Origin: an uncultured Oscillospiraceae bacterium
GTDB lineage: Bacteria; Bacillota; Clostridia; Oscillospirales; Oscillospiraceae
Direction of reading: 5' to 3'
Assembly: GCA_944385835.1 (NCBI GenBank)
Contig: CALWYT010000087.1
Location: 1 to 40,773 of the forward strand
DNA length: 40,773 bases
The notes under the pieces were generated by a model, which saw nothing but the letters and a program-made list of their open reading frames with translations, searched no databases and had not been told where the DNA came from. Made by a program: the position numbers and the translations under genes. Below, piece after piece: positions 1 through 11,994 of the stretch. The number at the start of each line of letters is the position of its first letter. Position 1 is the first letter of the stretch.

Positions 1-107
1 ATGGCGGCGATCAGGTCGTCCACAGCCTGGGCGGCCTCGCTCTTGCCGCAGCCGGCAAGCGAGAGGACCATCGCCGCGGCCAGGAGCAGGCAAAGGATTT
101 TCTTCAT
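1..107 (-). CDS. lipoprotein, N-terminal fragment (gene runs off the window start)
   Basis: Not in the ORF track. Reverse complement of 1-107 reads MKKILCLLLAAAMVLSLAGCGKSEAAQAVDDLIAA: basic n-region, hydrophobic core, LAGC lipobox. GGGGGA purine stretch lies just upstream of the ATG (105-107). Confidence 0.6.
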   Translation of the reverse strand, partial: MKKILCLLLAAAMVLSLAGCGKSEAAQAVDDLIAA

Positions 108-388
108 CTCGTTTCCCCCTTGTGTAATTCTCTGTGGGCAGGATACCCTAACAAACCACATTTTACGACCCCGCTCGGCCCAAAACAATATGCTGGCTGC
201 ATAGTATCCGATATTTTTTTCTCCGCTCACCGGCAGGGCCCCGCCGCCGGAACGGAGGGCATAACGTCGTTAAGTTGCTGACAAATAGTGCGCTTTTCCG
301 GCTGAAACCCCAGATTGGCGCGCGCTTTTGCCAAAAGAAGTCCGAATTTTGCTGAAAAGGGCCTTAGAGATTCGCCGCTATATAAGAA

Positions 389-420
389 TAATGTGACTTT
401 CTGGCCGGAAAGTCACATTA
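389..420 (-). terminator. 13-bp perfect hairpin (TAATGTGACTTTC / GAAAGTCACATTA, 6-nt loop); possible terminator of the TetR gene or an operator
   Basis: Inverted repeat read directly. On the minus strand it is followed by TTCTTATATA (moderately U-rich). Lies 86 nt downstream of the TetR stop. Confidence 0.35.
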
Positions 421-505
421 ACGTAACATATTTAAAAGTTCATTACTTGCACAACGCACAAGCGCTCGATTATTATAAAGCTGCGGAATGTGGAACGTGT
501 ACAAA

Positions 506-1102
506 TTATGGGGCCTGCTTCCCGCGCTTCGAGCGGAGGGATACGGAGTCCTCCAGCTCGCGCATGGTGCGGCTGCCGTAGCGCTCCATGATGTCCTGCA
601 GCTCCTGGCCGAACACCACCTCGTTGAGAGGGTAGAGGCTGATTATGCGCCTGTAGACGTCCTCTACGCCGGTGCTGAAGCGGCTGCGGCTCCACTCCTG
701 GAGGCAGAAGGCCCAGGAGTTCATGATGGGCGACTCCGAGCGGAAGCTTATCGTGGTCTCCGAGAGGTGGGTGAGGGCGCGCTTTACGACCTCCACGCCC
801 TCGTCGGCGTCGAGCAGGTGGCGGAAGAAGCCGGCGTTGGTGCGGATGATGTTCAGCGTGCAGAAGGTCTGCTCCTTCACGGTGGAGTTCTCGCCCACGA
901 CCAGCGCGGCGGCGGAGAGCAGGCGGTAGCAGGCACATTCGCAGGCGTCGTACTTGTCGGCGAACACGCGGTAAAAGGTCTGGTGCGAGACGCCGCTGCG
1001 CGCGGTTATATCCGCGACCTTGATCGCGCCGAGGCTCTTCTCGCGCAGCAGCTCCGTAACGCCGTTGATGATTTTCTGTTTTGAGGGCGTCAGAATCTCC
1101 AT
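506..1102 (-). CDS. TetR/AcrR family transcriptional regulator
   Basis: 198-aa ORF. N-terminal HTH pattern KIINGVTELLREKSLGAIKVADITARSGVSHQTFYRVF. GGAGGTGA RBS upstream of the ATG. Divergent from the ROK gene. Confidence 0.85.
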   Translation of the reverse strand: MEILTPSKQKIINGVTELLREKSLGAIKVADITARSGVSHQTFYRVFADKYDACECACYRLLSAAALVVGENSTVKEQTFCTLNIIRTNAGFFRHLLDADEGVEVVKRALTHLSETTISFRSESPIMNSWAFCLQEWSRSRFSTGVEDVYRRIISLYPLNEVVFGQELQDIMERYGSRTMRELEDSVSLRSKRGKQAP

Positions 1103-1185
1103 GGGTCACCTCCGGGGTCTACGCCGTCAATTATAGTTTAATTCCCGCGCAAATTCAAGACGCGGGCAGGCAGGGGGACAGGCAT

Positions 1186-2166
1186 ATGATTTTGGCCATG
1201 GATTTTGGCGGCAGCTCGGTGAAATACGCCCTTGTGGACAGGGACGGGGAGATACGCTCCTCCGGCAGGGCGGCGGCGCCGCTGGAATCCGAGGAGAAGT
1301 TCCTCGGCACGGTGGAGCGGATATACCGCCGCTGCCCGGACGCCGAGGGCCTTGCGATAAGCATACCCGGCTATGTGGACGCCGATACGGGCGTGCTGAT
1401 CGGCTCCGGGGCCTACAGCTGCCTCTACGGCAGGAACATCGCCGAGCTGGCCCGCTCCCGCACGGGGCTGGACACGGCCGTGGAGAACGACGGGCATTGC
1501 GGCGCGCTGGCGGAGCTGTGGCTCGGCTCCCTGGCCGGCTGCGAGGACGGCGTAGTGCTCATCCTCGGCTCCGGCGTGGCCGGGGGCATAATCAAGTCCG
1601 GGCGCATACACGCGGGGAAGAACCTCGCCGCAGGCGAGTTCTCCAACTACCTTGTAAACCCCAACGAGGCCAACTTCCTCGGCGAGGCGGTGATGAACTG
1701 CGCGGCCTTCGGGCTTACGTACAAGCTCTGCAAGGCGAAGAACATAGACCTCGCCTGCCAGGACCTCGCCGGGAATATGCTGGCGATAGACAAAATCTAC
1801 GGCGCGCGCTTCCCCAGCTTTTCCGAGCCGCCCAGGCGCATACGCGCCGACGGGCGCCGCCTGGCGCAGTGGGTCAAGGAGGGCGACGCGGCCGCGAAGA
1901 AGATCTACGACGAGTTCCTCGCCTCCCTGGCCTTCATGATAGTCAACATCCAGGTCACCTACGCGCCGGAGCGGGTGGTGATAGGAGGCGGGCTGAGCCG
2001 GATAGAGAATATGCTCGACGACCTGCGCGAGGAGCTGGACACCTATTATAACGGCACCGGCTTCGGCAGCGAGCTTCGCGCGAACGTGATGCTCAGCCGC
2101 TATCTGGACGAGTGCAACCTGCTGGGCGCGGCCTGGAATTACATCAGCCGTTTCCCGGGAAAATAG
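1186..2166 (+). CDS. ROK/BadF-type sugar kinase-like protein
   Basis: In-frame ATG at 1186 gives MILAMDFGGSSVKYALVD (DxGG phosphate-1 motif). ENDGHCGALAELWLG and GSGVAGGII motifs are typical of ROK/ASKHA kinases. No CxCGxxGC zinc motif seen. Confidence 0.8.
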   Translation: MILAMDFGGSSVKYALVDRDGEIRSSGRAAAPLESEEKFLGTVERIYRRCPDAEGLAISIPGYVDADTGVLIGSGAYSCLYGRNIAELARSRTGLDTAVENDGHCGALAELWLGSLAGCEDGVVLILGSGVAGGIIKSGRIHAGKNLAAGEFSNYLVNPNEANFLGEAVMNCAAFGLTYKLCKAKNIDLACQDLAGNMLAIDKIYGARFPSFSEPPRRIRADGRRLAQWVKEGDAAAKKIYDEFLASLAFMIVNIQVTYAPERVVIGGGLSRIENMLDDLREELDTYYNGTGFGSELRANVMLSRYLDECNLLGAAWNYISRFPGK

Positions 2167-2188
2167 AGAAGAGAAAGGAACAAGGCAG

Positions 2189-2701
2189 ATGAGCAAGCTG
2201 GATACTTACCCCTACCGCCCGCCGAAGCGGTACACCAAGAAGTCGCTGCACGGCCGTGTGCGCGGCATGATGATCCCCTACGACGACTACCGCCGCGCGG
2301 TGCTCTTTTACTCGCAGGTCTTCGGCTGGGACATGATGCGCGTGCCGCAGGGCGTGTTCATAGAGGACAGCGACGAGCGGCCGCACCTGATGTGCGCCAC
2401 GGGCCCCTCGCAGGTGTCCTGGGAGGCCTCAGTGCCGGGCCACGTCTGGGCGCAGCTGGTGGCGCGGGAGCGCGTACCCAAGGTGCAGACCTTTACGGAG
2501 GTCAGCATGGACGTCCCCCTGGCCGAGACGGTCAAGACCATGACCGACCGCGGCTGGAAGGTGGTGTCCCGGACCGAGATAGACGGCGACTGGGCGGACT
2601 TCGTGGTCGTGGAGGACCCTGACGGCAACCGCCAGCTGCTCTGGAAATGCCCCAGCTCCCGCACCTGGGAGGAGCCGGAGGCCGGATACGACAAGGACTG
2701 A
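2189..2701 (+). CDS. VOC (glyoxalase/bleomycin-resistance fold)-like protein
   Basis: 170-aa ORF. AVLFYSQVFGWDM and VVVEDPDGNRQLLW resemble VOC beta-alpha-beta-beta-beta module signatures. Paralogous to the next gene. Confidence 0.65.
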   Translation: MSKLDTYPYRPPKRYTKKSLHGRVRGMMIPYDDYRRAVLFYSQVFGWDMMRVPQGVFIEDSDERPHLMCATGPSQVSWEASVPGHVWAQLVARERVPKVQTFTEVSMDVPLAETVKTMTDRGWKVVSRTEIDGDWADFVVVEDPDGNRQLLWKCPSSRTWEEPEAGYDKD

Positions 2702-2713
2702 GGAGGAAGCGCG

Positions 2714-3376
2714 ATGCTGAAACTGTACACCTGCTATAAGTGCTGTTTCCCCTTCAAGGCCGACGACAGGAACCTGCCACCGCGCTGCCCGGCCTGCAAC
2801 TGCGGCCCGGAGTGGTTCCTCGGCGAGCCGTACAACCCGGAGGAGAAGCGCCGCATCCACGTGGACCCGCCCGAGCCGGAGGAGGGGGAGCGCGACGTCT
2901 TTGACATCAGCTACCACGTCGCAAAGCGTTTCCCCGCCGGCACGAGGAACGGGAGGCTGCGCCGCTTCGTCTTTGAGTACACCGACGCGCCGCGCGCGAG
3001 GCGGGACTACGCCGAGCTGCTCGACTGGGACATAGTCGACTGCGAGGGGACGGACGCCGCGCACCCGGAGATGTTCTGCGCCACGGGTCCGGGCAACCCG
3101 AACTGGGAGCCGAGCGTACCTTCGTTCATCTACGGCTTCCTGAAGGACGCGAGCACCGACCCCACGGGCATGGCCCCCTTCTTCATGATAGAGGTGGACA
3201 ACATAGAGGAGACCGCGGCCAGGGCCGAGCGCTTCGGCGGCAGGGTGCTGCGCGGCCGCTACGAGGCCAACGGGCAGCAGTACGCCGTCCTCGCCGACAG
3301 CGAGGGCAACGCGTTTTACATCTGGGAGACGCCCGCCACCGTCACCTGGGACGAGCCGGAATCCCAGGGCGGCTGA
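2714..3376 (+). CDS. zinc-ribbon (CxxC...CxxC) fused to a VOC-like domain
   Basis: 220-aa ORF. N-terminus YTCYKCCFPFKADDRNLPPRCPACNC has two CxxC pairs. The C-terminal two thirds align by eye with the preceding protein (CATGPxxxxWExSVP; D(P/S)(D/E)GN...W; TW(E/D)EPE). Confidence 0.65.
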   Translation: MLKLYTCYKCCFPFKADDRNLPPRCPACNCGPEWFLGEPYNPEEKRRIHVDPPEPEEGERDVFDISYHVAKRFPAGTRNGRLRRFVFEYTDAPRARRDYAELLDWDIVDCEGTDAAHPEMFCATGPGNPNWEPSVPSFIYGFLKDASTDPTGMAPFFMIEVDNIEETAARAERFGGRVLRGRYEANGQQYAVLADSEGNAFYIWETPATVTWDEPESQGG

Positions 3377-3416
3377 GCGCTGCGGCGCGGCGGGCAGAGC
3401 TGAGGGAGGCGAGGAT

Positions 3417-4907
3417 ATGGACGTATTACTCAAAGTTGAGGATATGCGCAAGGACTTCGGCGCGACGCGCGCCCTGGCCGGCGTGCATCTGGAGCTGCGC
3501 CGCGGCGAGGTACACGGCCTGGTAGGTGAAAACGGCAGCGGCAAAAGCACGCTTTCAAATATAATAGCCGGCGTCTACCGCCCCAGCGGCGGCAGCATGA
3601 GCCTTGACGGCGCGGCCTACTCGCCGCAGAGCGTGTTAGCCGCGTCCAGGGCCGGCGTGTCCCTCCTGGCGCAGGAGACCGGGACCATCGCCGGCATGAG
3701 CGTGTACGAGAATATGTTCCTCGGCGAGGAGACGGCGCCGGGGCGCGGCCTTGTGAGCGTCGGGCGGCTCAAGCGCGAGACGCGGCGCATACTCGACGAA
3801 AACGGCCTGGAGGGCATAGACGTGGAGCGGGACGCGGCCGAGTACTCCTTCGAGCAGCGCAAGATGCTGGAGGTGGCGCGCGCCGTCGCGCACTCGCCGC
3901 AGCTGCTCATCGTGGACGAGACCACCACGGCCCTCTCGCACCGGGGCCGGCAGAAGATATACGAGGTCATACGAGCCATGCGCGAGGACAAGCGCTCTGT
4001 GATTTTTATCTCGCACGACCTGGACGAGATCCTGGACGTCTGCGACCGCGTCACGATACTCCGCGACGGGCAGTACATCGCCACGCTGGAGCGCGCGGAG
4101 CTGGAGAAGGAGAGGCTGCGCTCGCTCATGATAGGCCGCGAGTTCGACGGGGTGTACTACCGCACCGACGCGGGCGGCGGAGCGTCCGGCGAGGCGGCGC
4201 TGAGCGCCTCCGGCATAAGACTGGACGGCGTGCTGGCCGGGGTCTCGCTCACGCTGCGCCGCGGCGAGATACTGGGCGTGGGCGGCCTCACGGAGAGCGG
4301 TATGCACGAGCTGGGCAAGATACTCTTCGGCGCGCTGCGCCCGGACTCCGGCGAGGTGCTGAGCGCCTCCGGCGCGCGGATACGCTCCACGCTCGACGCC
4401 GTGCGCGAGGGCATAGCCTATATCCCCAAGGACAGGGACACGGAGTCGCTGTTCATCTCGGCCAACATCCGGGACAACATCGCCGCCGCGTCCTATGACA
4501 GGCTGCGCCGCGGCGCGTACATCCCGCCGAAGGCGGAGCGGGCAATGGCCGAGGAGCTGGCCGGGCGGCTGCAGGTGAAGATGCGCTCGGTCGCGCAGCA
4601 GCTGGGCGAGCTGAGCGGCGGCAACAAGCAGAAGGTGGCCATATGCAAATGGCTGGCCCGCGGCTCGGACGTGTTCATCATGGACTGCCCCACGCGCGGC
4701 ATAGACGTCGGCGTAAAGGCGGCCATCTACCGCCTGATGGAGGAAATACGGGAAAAGGGCGGCGCGATATTGATGATTTCCGAGGAGCTTACGGAACTCA
4801 TAGGCATGTCCGACCGCATACTGGTCCTGAAGGACGGCGCGCTCTCCGGGGAGTTCCTGCGCGCCGACGCCCCGGGCGAGCAGGACATCATCCGGCTTAT
4901 GCTGTGA
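3417..4907 (+). CDS. sugar ABC transporter ATP-binding protein (duplicated ATPase, CUT2/RbsA-MglA type)
   Basis: 496 aa. Walker A GENGSGKST, LSGGNKQKV signature in the second half, two ABC cassettes. Confidence 0.9.
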   Translation: MDVLLKVEDMRKDFGATRALAGVHLELRRGEVHGLVGENGSGKSTLSNIIAGVYRPSGGSMSLDGAAYSPQSVLAASRAGVSLLAQETGTIAGMSVYENMFLGEETAPGRGLVSVGRLKRETRRILDENGLEGIDVERDAAEYSFEQRKMLEVARAVAHSPQLLIVDETTTALSHRGRQKIYEVIRAMREDKRSVIFISHDLDEILDVCDRVTILRDGQYIATLERAELEKERLRSLMIGREFDGVYYRTDAGGGASGEAALSASGIRLDGVLAGVSLTLRRGEILGVGGLTESGMHELGKILFGALRPDSGEVLSASGARIRSTLDAVREGIAYIPKDRDTESLFISANIRDNIAAASYDRLRRGAYIPPKAERAMAEELAGRLQVKMRSVAQQLGELSGGNKQKVAICKWLARGSDVFIMDCPTRGIDVGVKAAIYRLMEEIREKGGAILMISEELTELIGMSDRILVLKDGALSGEFLRADAPGEQDIIRLML

Positions 4908-4919
4908 GCGAGGTGGAGC

Positions 4920-5852
4920 ATGAAGAGACTTGACAAGGGCTTATTGAAGAACCTGGCCCCCTACGCCGGGCTTATCGCCATCACGCTTATCTTCGCGCTG
5001 ACGACCGGCGGGCGCTTCACCCAGGCGAGGAACCTCACGAACATCATCGGCCAGTCCATGGTGACGATGATAGCGGCCTGCGGCTGCACCTTCGTGATGG
5101 CGCACAACAACCTGGACTTCTCGCTGGGCGGCGGCTGCGCGCTTATCTCCGCGGCCAGCTTCCTGGTGACGCGGGGCGAGAACCTGCCGCTGACGCTGCT
5201 CATGTGCATGGTATTCGGCGTGCTGTGCAGCCTGGTCACCGCGCTGATACACGTAAAGGGCCGTATCCCCGCCTTTATGGCCGGGATGTGCATCATGTTC
5301 GTCGGCCGGGGCGTCGTGGAGGGCCTTGCGACGAATATGGTCATGAACCTGCCTGCCGCGGCCACGGCCTACGCCAACAATATGGTATACCTGGCCTTCC
5401 TCGTGGTGGTGTTCGCGCTGAGCGTGTTCGTGTTCAACTACACCAAGGTGGGCAAGGCGCAGAAGCTGATAGGCGCGAACCCTCGCGCGGCGGAGCTGAG
5501 CGGCATAGCCGTCGGCCGCTACAAGGCCATAGCCTTCGCCATCAGCGGGCTGACGCTGGGCATAGCCTCCTTCCTGACCATGATACGCATAGGCAGCGTG
5601 ACCAAGACCATAGGCAGCGGCCTGGAGACGGATGTGCTCATAGCGCTGACCCTGGGCGGCATACCCCTGGCCGGCGGCACGGACACGCGGATGCGCTCGG
5701 CGCTCATAGGCTCGCTGACCTATTACGTCCTGGGCAACGGTCTGATGATCTGGGGCCTGGACGCAAACGTCATATCCATCGTCAAGGGCGTGATATTCCT
5801 CGCCACGGTCTACGTGACCATGGAGCGGAGGGAAGGCAGCTACGCGCTGTGA
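4920..5852 (+). CDS. ABC transporter permease (RbsC/BPD type)
   Basis: 310-aa polytopic hydrophobic ORF directly after the ATPase. Typical LIGANPRAAELSGI loop. Confidence 0.85.
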   Translation: MKRLDKGLLKNLAPYAGLIAITLIFALTTGGRFTQARNLTNIIGQSMVTMIAACGCTFVMAHNNLDFSLGGGCALISAASFLVTRGENLPLTLLMCMVFGVLCSLVTALIHVKGRIPAFMAGMCIMFVGRGVVEGLATNMVMNLPAAATAYANNMVYLAFLVVVFALSVFVFNYTKVGKAQKLIGANPRAAELSGIAVGRYKAIAFAISGLTLGIASFLTMIRIGSVTKTIGSGLETDVLIALTLGGIPLAGGTDTRMRSALIGSLTYYVLGNGLMIWGLDANVISIVKGVIFLATVYVTMERREGSYAL

Positions 5853-5907
5853 AATAGGAAAAAACCTGCGGTACGCCGCAAAACCATACCAAAAAGGAGA
5901 GATCAAA

Positions 5908-7062
5908 GTGAAGAAGAAGATCCTGGCCATCCTGCTGGCGGCAATGCTGGCGCTCGGCGCGCTCAGCGCCTGCGGCAGCCCCGCGACGGACCCGAGCGCC
6001 CCGCCCAGCGAGGGGAGCGAACCCGAGGCCGAAGCGCACAAGATAGGCGTGATATTCTACGGGCGCGACGACGCCCTCGGCTCCTGCGTCTACGAGGAGG
6101 TCAACCACGCCGCCGAGGTCATAGGCGTCGAGGTGGAGTGGGCGCTCGGCGACTACGACACCGCCGCCCAGCTCACGAGCGCCGAGAACCTGGTCTCCGC
6201 CGGCTGCGAGGGCATCATGTTCATGCCCATCGAGGACGCCAGCGCCCAGCGCGTCGGCCAGTACTGCGAGGAGAACGGCGTGTGGTTCGCCATATGCTTC
6301 CGCGACATCCTCGACCAGGACATCAAGGCCTACGTCGAGGGCTGCGAGTACTACGTCGGCAGCTGCTGGGAGGACGACGCCGGCGCGGCCGAGGAGATGG
6401 TCGCCGTCCTGGCTGAGAACGGCCGCACCACCTACGGCCTGGAGAAGCTCAACCCCTCCATCGCCCTCGCGGTGCGCAACGACGGCTACGCCGCCGGCGC
6501 CGAGGCCAACGGAGGCGAGATAGTCGCCGAGTACGAGGTCCCCAACGACGGCAACAGCCAGACCCACATCAACGGCATCACCAACTTCCTCAACCTCTAC
6601 CCGGACATGGACGCCATCCTTATGACGACGGCCAGCCAGGGCGCGGCTGAGGCCATCATGAACACGCTCAAGCAGAACACCACCAGCGAGCAGATCCAGG
6701 TCGTCACCTTCGACCTCTACGAGGGCATAGCCGAGGACTTCGAGTCCGGCTGGGTCGCGGCGGCGGCCGCGGGCAACTCGCCCGACGCGCTCTTCGTATT
6801 CCTCATGCTGGCCAACTCCGTCGAAGGCACCCCGCTTTCCGACAGCTTCATCAACCTTTCCCAGAAGGAGATCATCGTCACCAGCGCCGAGGAGTGCGCC
6901 GACTTCGAGAAGTACATCGACAACCCCGATTTCCAGATTTACTCCGACGACATCATCCGCAGCCTGAACGGCAAGTTCAACAGCGAGGTCTCCCTCGAGG
7001 ACTTCACCGAGCTGATGGAGGCCTTCTCGCTGGACTGGGTCAAGGAAAACAGCGTGCAGTAA
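5908..7062 (+). CDS. sugar ABC transporter substrate-binding lipoprotein (periplasmic-binding-protein type I)
   Basis: GTG start after AAGGAGAG. MKKKILAILLAAMLALGALSACGS signal plus lipobox, followed by an acidic PBP-like body. Confidence 0.8.
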   Translation: MKKKILAILLAAMLALGALSACGSPATDPSAPPSEGSEPEAEAHKIGVIFYGRDDALGSCVYEEVNHAAEVIGVEVEWALGDYDTAAQLTSAENLVSAGCEGIMFMPIEDASAQRVGQYCEENGVWFAICFRDILDQDIKAYVEGCEYYVGSCWEDDAGAAEEMVAVLAENGRTTYGLEKLNPSIALAVRNDGYAAGAEANGGEIVAEYEVPNDGNSQTHINGITNFLNLYPDMDAILMTTASQGAAEAIMNTLKQNTTSEQIQVVTFDLYEGIAEDFESGWVAAAAAGNSPDALFVFLMLANSVEGTPLSDSFINLSQKEIIVTSAEECADFEKYIDNPDFQIYSDDIIRSLNGKFNSEVSLEDFTELMEAFSLDWVKENSVQ

Positions 7063-7092
7063 GCGGCCTCGGCGGCCGGGGAGGGAGAAGCC

Positions 7093-8064
7093 ATGCAAAC
7101 AGTGATTAAGGGCGTCAGGAAATATATACTCATGGTCGCGGTAACGGCCATACTGGTAGCGCTGCTCATGCTCTTCGCGCCGTCGACGCGCTCTCTGTCC
7201 ATCCTGGTGACGCTCCTGGAGCAGGGCATGGCGCCCGCCCTGCTCGGCTGGGGAGTCCTGTTCAACATCAAGGCGGGCAACTGGGACTTCGGCGTGGGCG
7301 CCGAGGTGCTGATAGCGGCGATAGTTGGAGGGAACGCCGCCGACGCCCTCGGCCTCGGGATAGTCGGCGTGGTCTGCTGCTGTATGCTTGCGGGCCTCGC
7401 CGCGGGGGCGGTCTCAGGGCTGCTCTACAAGCTGCTCAGGGTCCCCACAATCATCATTTCCATCGCGCTCATGCTCATATACGAGAGCGTCTGCGGCGTC
7501 ATATTCGGCGGCCGCGGCGTCACTCTGGGCGTGGAATACCTGGTGCTGGCCAGCTTCCCCGGCAACGCCGTGATGCTGCTGCTGGGCTTCGGCCTGGCCT
7601 GGCTGCTCAGCAGCAAGCTGAAGATAGGCTACAGCATCAAGGCCGTGGGCAGCAACCTGAAGGTCGCGGAGGACAACGGCATCGACGTTGTCAACACCAA
7701 GGCCGCGGCGCTGGCCATAGCCGGCCTCTTCGCGGGGCTGTACGCGGCCGTGAGCCTCGGCTCCTCCGGCGTGGCCAGGACGGTCAGCGCCATGGGGACC
7801 ATGGGTACCTGCTTCAACGCCATGATGTGCGTGTTCATCGGCCTCTCGATAACCGGGCGCGGCAACGTGCTTGTGGGCATATACTTCGGCGCGGTCATCA
7901 TGCAGATGATACAGATGGCGCTCATGGTGTTCAGCTTCCCGACGCAGTACAGCCAGGTGGTTGTGGCGCTCTTCGTCGTGGCCTTTATGCTGGCCTCCGC
8001 CAACACGGAGGGCCTGCGGCGGCTGAAGCGCCGGCGCGCCGCGGCAAACGGCGCAAAACAGTGA
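7093..8064 (+). CDS. ABC transporter permease (second membrane subunit)
   Basis: 323-aa polytopic ORF. AVGSNLKVAEDNGI loop is analogous to that of the first permease. Confidence 0.8.
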   Translation: MQTVIKGVRKYILMVAVTAILVALLMLFAPSTRSLSILVTLLEQGMAPALLGWGVLFNIKAGNWDFGVGAEVLIAAIVGGNAADALGLGIVGVVCCCMLAGLAAGAVSGLLYKLLRVPTIIISIALMLIYESVCGVIFGGRGVTLGVEYLVLASFPGNAVMLLLGFGLAWLLSSKLKIGYSIKAVGSNLKVAEDNGIDVVNTKAAALAIAGLFAGLYAAVSLGSSGVARTVSAMGTMGTCFNAMMCVFIGLSITGRGNVLVGIYFGAVIMQMIQMALMVFSFPTQYSQVVVALFVVAFMLASANTEGLRRLKRRRAAANGAKQ

Positions 8065-10517
<2,453 letters not shown>

Positions 10518-10621
10518 ATCACCCTCTTTCCTGTTGACTTGAAGCCCTTTCAGGTATAAAATAGCACGATGGGCGCGGAGGCCGCGCCCTCACAAAATAC
10601 TATTGGGACGGATTTGGCCAT

Positions 10622-11602
10622 ATGCGCAAAAACGCATTGACCCTCTGCTGCACGGCCTGCGTGTTCGGAGCCTTCGGCGTGTTCAGCCGCTGGATTCAGG
10701 GCATGACCGCTTTCGAGGCGAACGGGCTGTACAAGCCGGGCAGCTTTTGGGGGATCGTACTTATACTCATGTATCTCGCGGCCTTCGGCACCATCGGGGG
10801 CTTCACGCTGTACTATATGCGCCGGCTCAAGCTGGCCTCGCCGCCGGACTTCGGCCTTGCCACGGCGGGCAACAGGCGCCTTGCGGAGCCGGTGGCCGCC
10901 GCAATCGCGCTTCTGATGGCCGCGGGCAGCGTGATGCTGCTCGTCACCGCCGGGGAGGACGACCTCTCCGGGCTGCTGCGCCTGCTGGCCCTGCTGGGCC
11001 TGCTGTGCGCGGCGGGCTTCATGGGCCTCGCCGCCGCCTGCGGCAGGAAGGCCGAGAGCGGGGGCGCGATGGAGGCGGGGCTGTGCCTGGCCGCGGTGCT
11101 GCCGGTGGCCTTCTGCTGCTTCTGGCTGGTGGTCAGCTACAGGCAGGACGCGGCGACCGGCGTCGTCTGGAGCTACGCGCCGGAGATCACCGCCATCGCC
11201 GTGTCGCTGCTCGCCTTCTACTATGTCGCCGGCCACGCCTACGCCAGGCCGCGGCCCTTCGCCGCCATATTCTTCTGCCACGCCGGGGCCTTCTGCTGCT
11301 TCGTGACGCTGCCGGACGAGAGGCTGTTCGCGCTGCAGGCCCTGTTCTTCGCCACGGCCGTGATGCAGCTCTACTTCGGGCTGATGCTGACGCTGAACCT
11401 GCGCCCGGCCGCGGAGATAGACGCGCGCTTCCCCGGCGCGCTGGAGGCCGAGGGGCTGGAGCCGCCCGAGCAGCCGGAGCCGTCCGACGGCCCCGAGCTG
11501 GAGGATATGGGCGGCGACGCCGGAGGCGAGGAGAACTTCGTCGAGGTCACAGAGGAATACCTCGGCGGCGAGCCGGAGGAGGAAGCCGGGCAAAAGAAAT
11601 AG
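10622..11602 (+). CDS. polytopic membrane protein of unknown function with an acidic C-terminal tail
   Basis: 326-aa ORF with several hydrophobic segments and a coding-like composition. C-terminal tail is E/P/G-rich. No family recognised. Confidence 0.6.
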   Translation: MRKNALTLCCTACVFGAFGVFSRWIQGMTAFEANGLYKPGSFWGIVLILMYLAAFGTIGGFTLYYMRRLKLASPPDFGLATAGNRRLAEPVAAAIALLMAAGSVMLLVTAGEDDLSGLLRLLALLGLLCAAGFMGLAAACGRKAESGGAMEAGLCLAAVLPVAFCCFWLVVSYRQDAATGVVWSYAPEITAIAVSLLAFYYVAGHAYARPRPFAAIFFCHAGAFCCFVTLPDERLFALQALFFATAVMQLYFGLMLTLNLRPAAEIDARFPGALEAEGLEPPEQPEPSDGPELEDMGGDAGGEENFVEVTEEYLGGEPEEEAGQKK

Positions 11603-11603
11603 C

Positions 11604-11633
11604 TTGACAGCCCTCGAGCGGATATTATATAAT
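11604..11633 (+). promoter_or_regulatory. sigma-A type promoter upstream of rpmH
   Basis: TTGACA (11604-11609), 18-nt spacer, TATAAT (11628-11633). A 12-bp hairpin follows in the leader. Confidence 0.5.
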
Positions 11634-11749
11634 TACCCTCTGCCGGACTACCCGGCGGAGGGTATTGCTATGCCCTGAACATATATGTCAACTACGGCGG
11701 AGTCCCCAGGGCGCCGCTTGTTGAGTAATAAACCGAAAGGATGATTTCA

Positions 11750-11884
11750 ATGGTTCGCACTTATCAGCCCAAGAAGCGTCAGCGCAAGAAGGAGCACGGC
11801 TTCCGCAAGCGCATGGCCACCCGTAACGGCCGCAAGGTCCTTGCCCGCCGCCGCGCCAAGGGCCGCGCCAAGCTCTCTTACTGA
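11750..11884 (+). CDS. rpmH: 50S ribosomal protein L34
   Basis: Not in the ORF track (44 aa). Translation is [56 protein letters not shown] region upstream. Confidence 0.95.
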   Translation: MVRTYQPKKRQRKKEHGFRKRMATRNGRKVLARRRAKGRAKLSY

Positions 11885-11994
11885 GCGGAGCGCCCGCCGC
11901 GTCCCGGCCGTGCCGCGCCCTCAGGCGACGCGCCTGGGAGGGGCGGGCCGGCTTTGCCGCGGAGGCAGTGCGAGCGAGCTGAAGAAGGCGGCCC

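Noticed and set aside
315-581. The 88-aa plus-strand ORF in the first intergenic region.
   Set aside because: It has no RBS, runs into the 3' end of the TetR gene in antisense, and its composition is not protein-like.
11603-11749. Possibility that the rpmH upstream region is oriC, since rpmH often neighbours dnaA and oriC.
   Set aside because: I found no TTATCCACA-type DnaA boxes or AT-rich unwinding repeats by eye. The neighbouring gene is a membrane protein, not dnaA.
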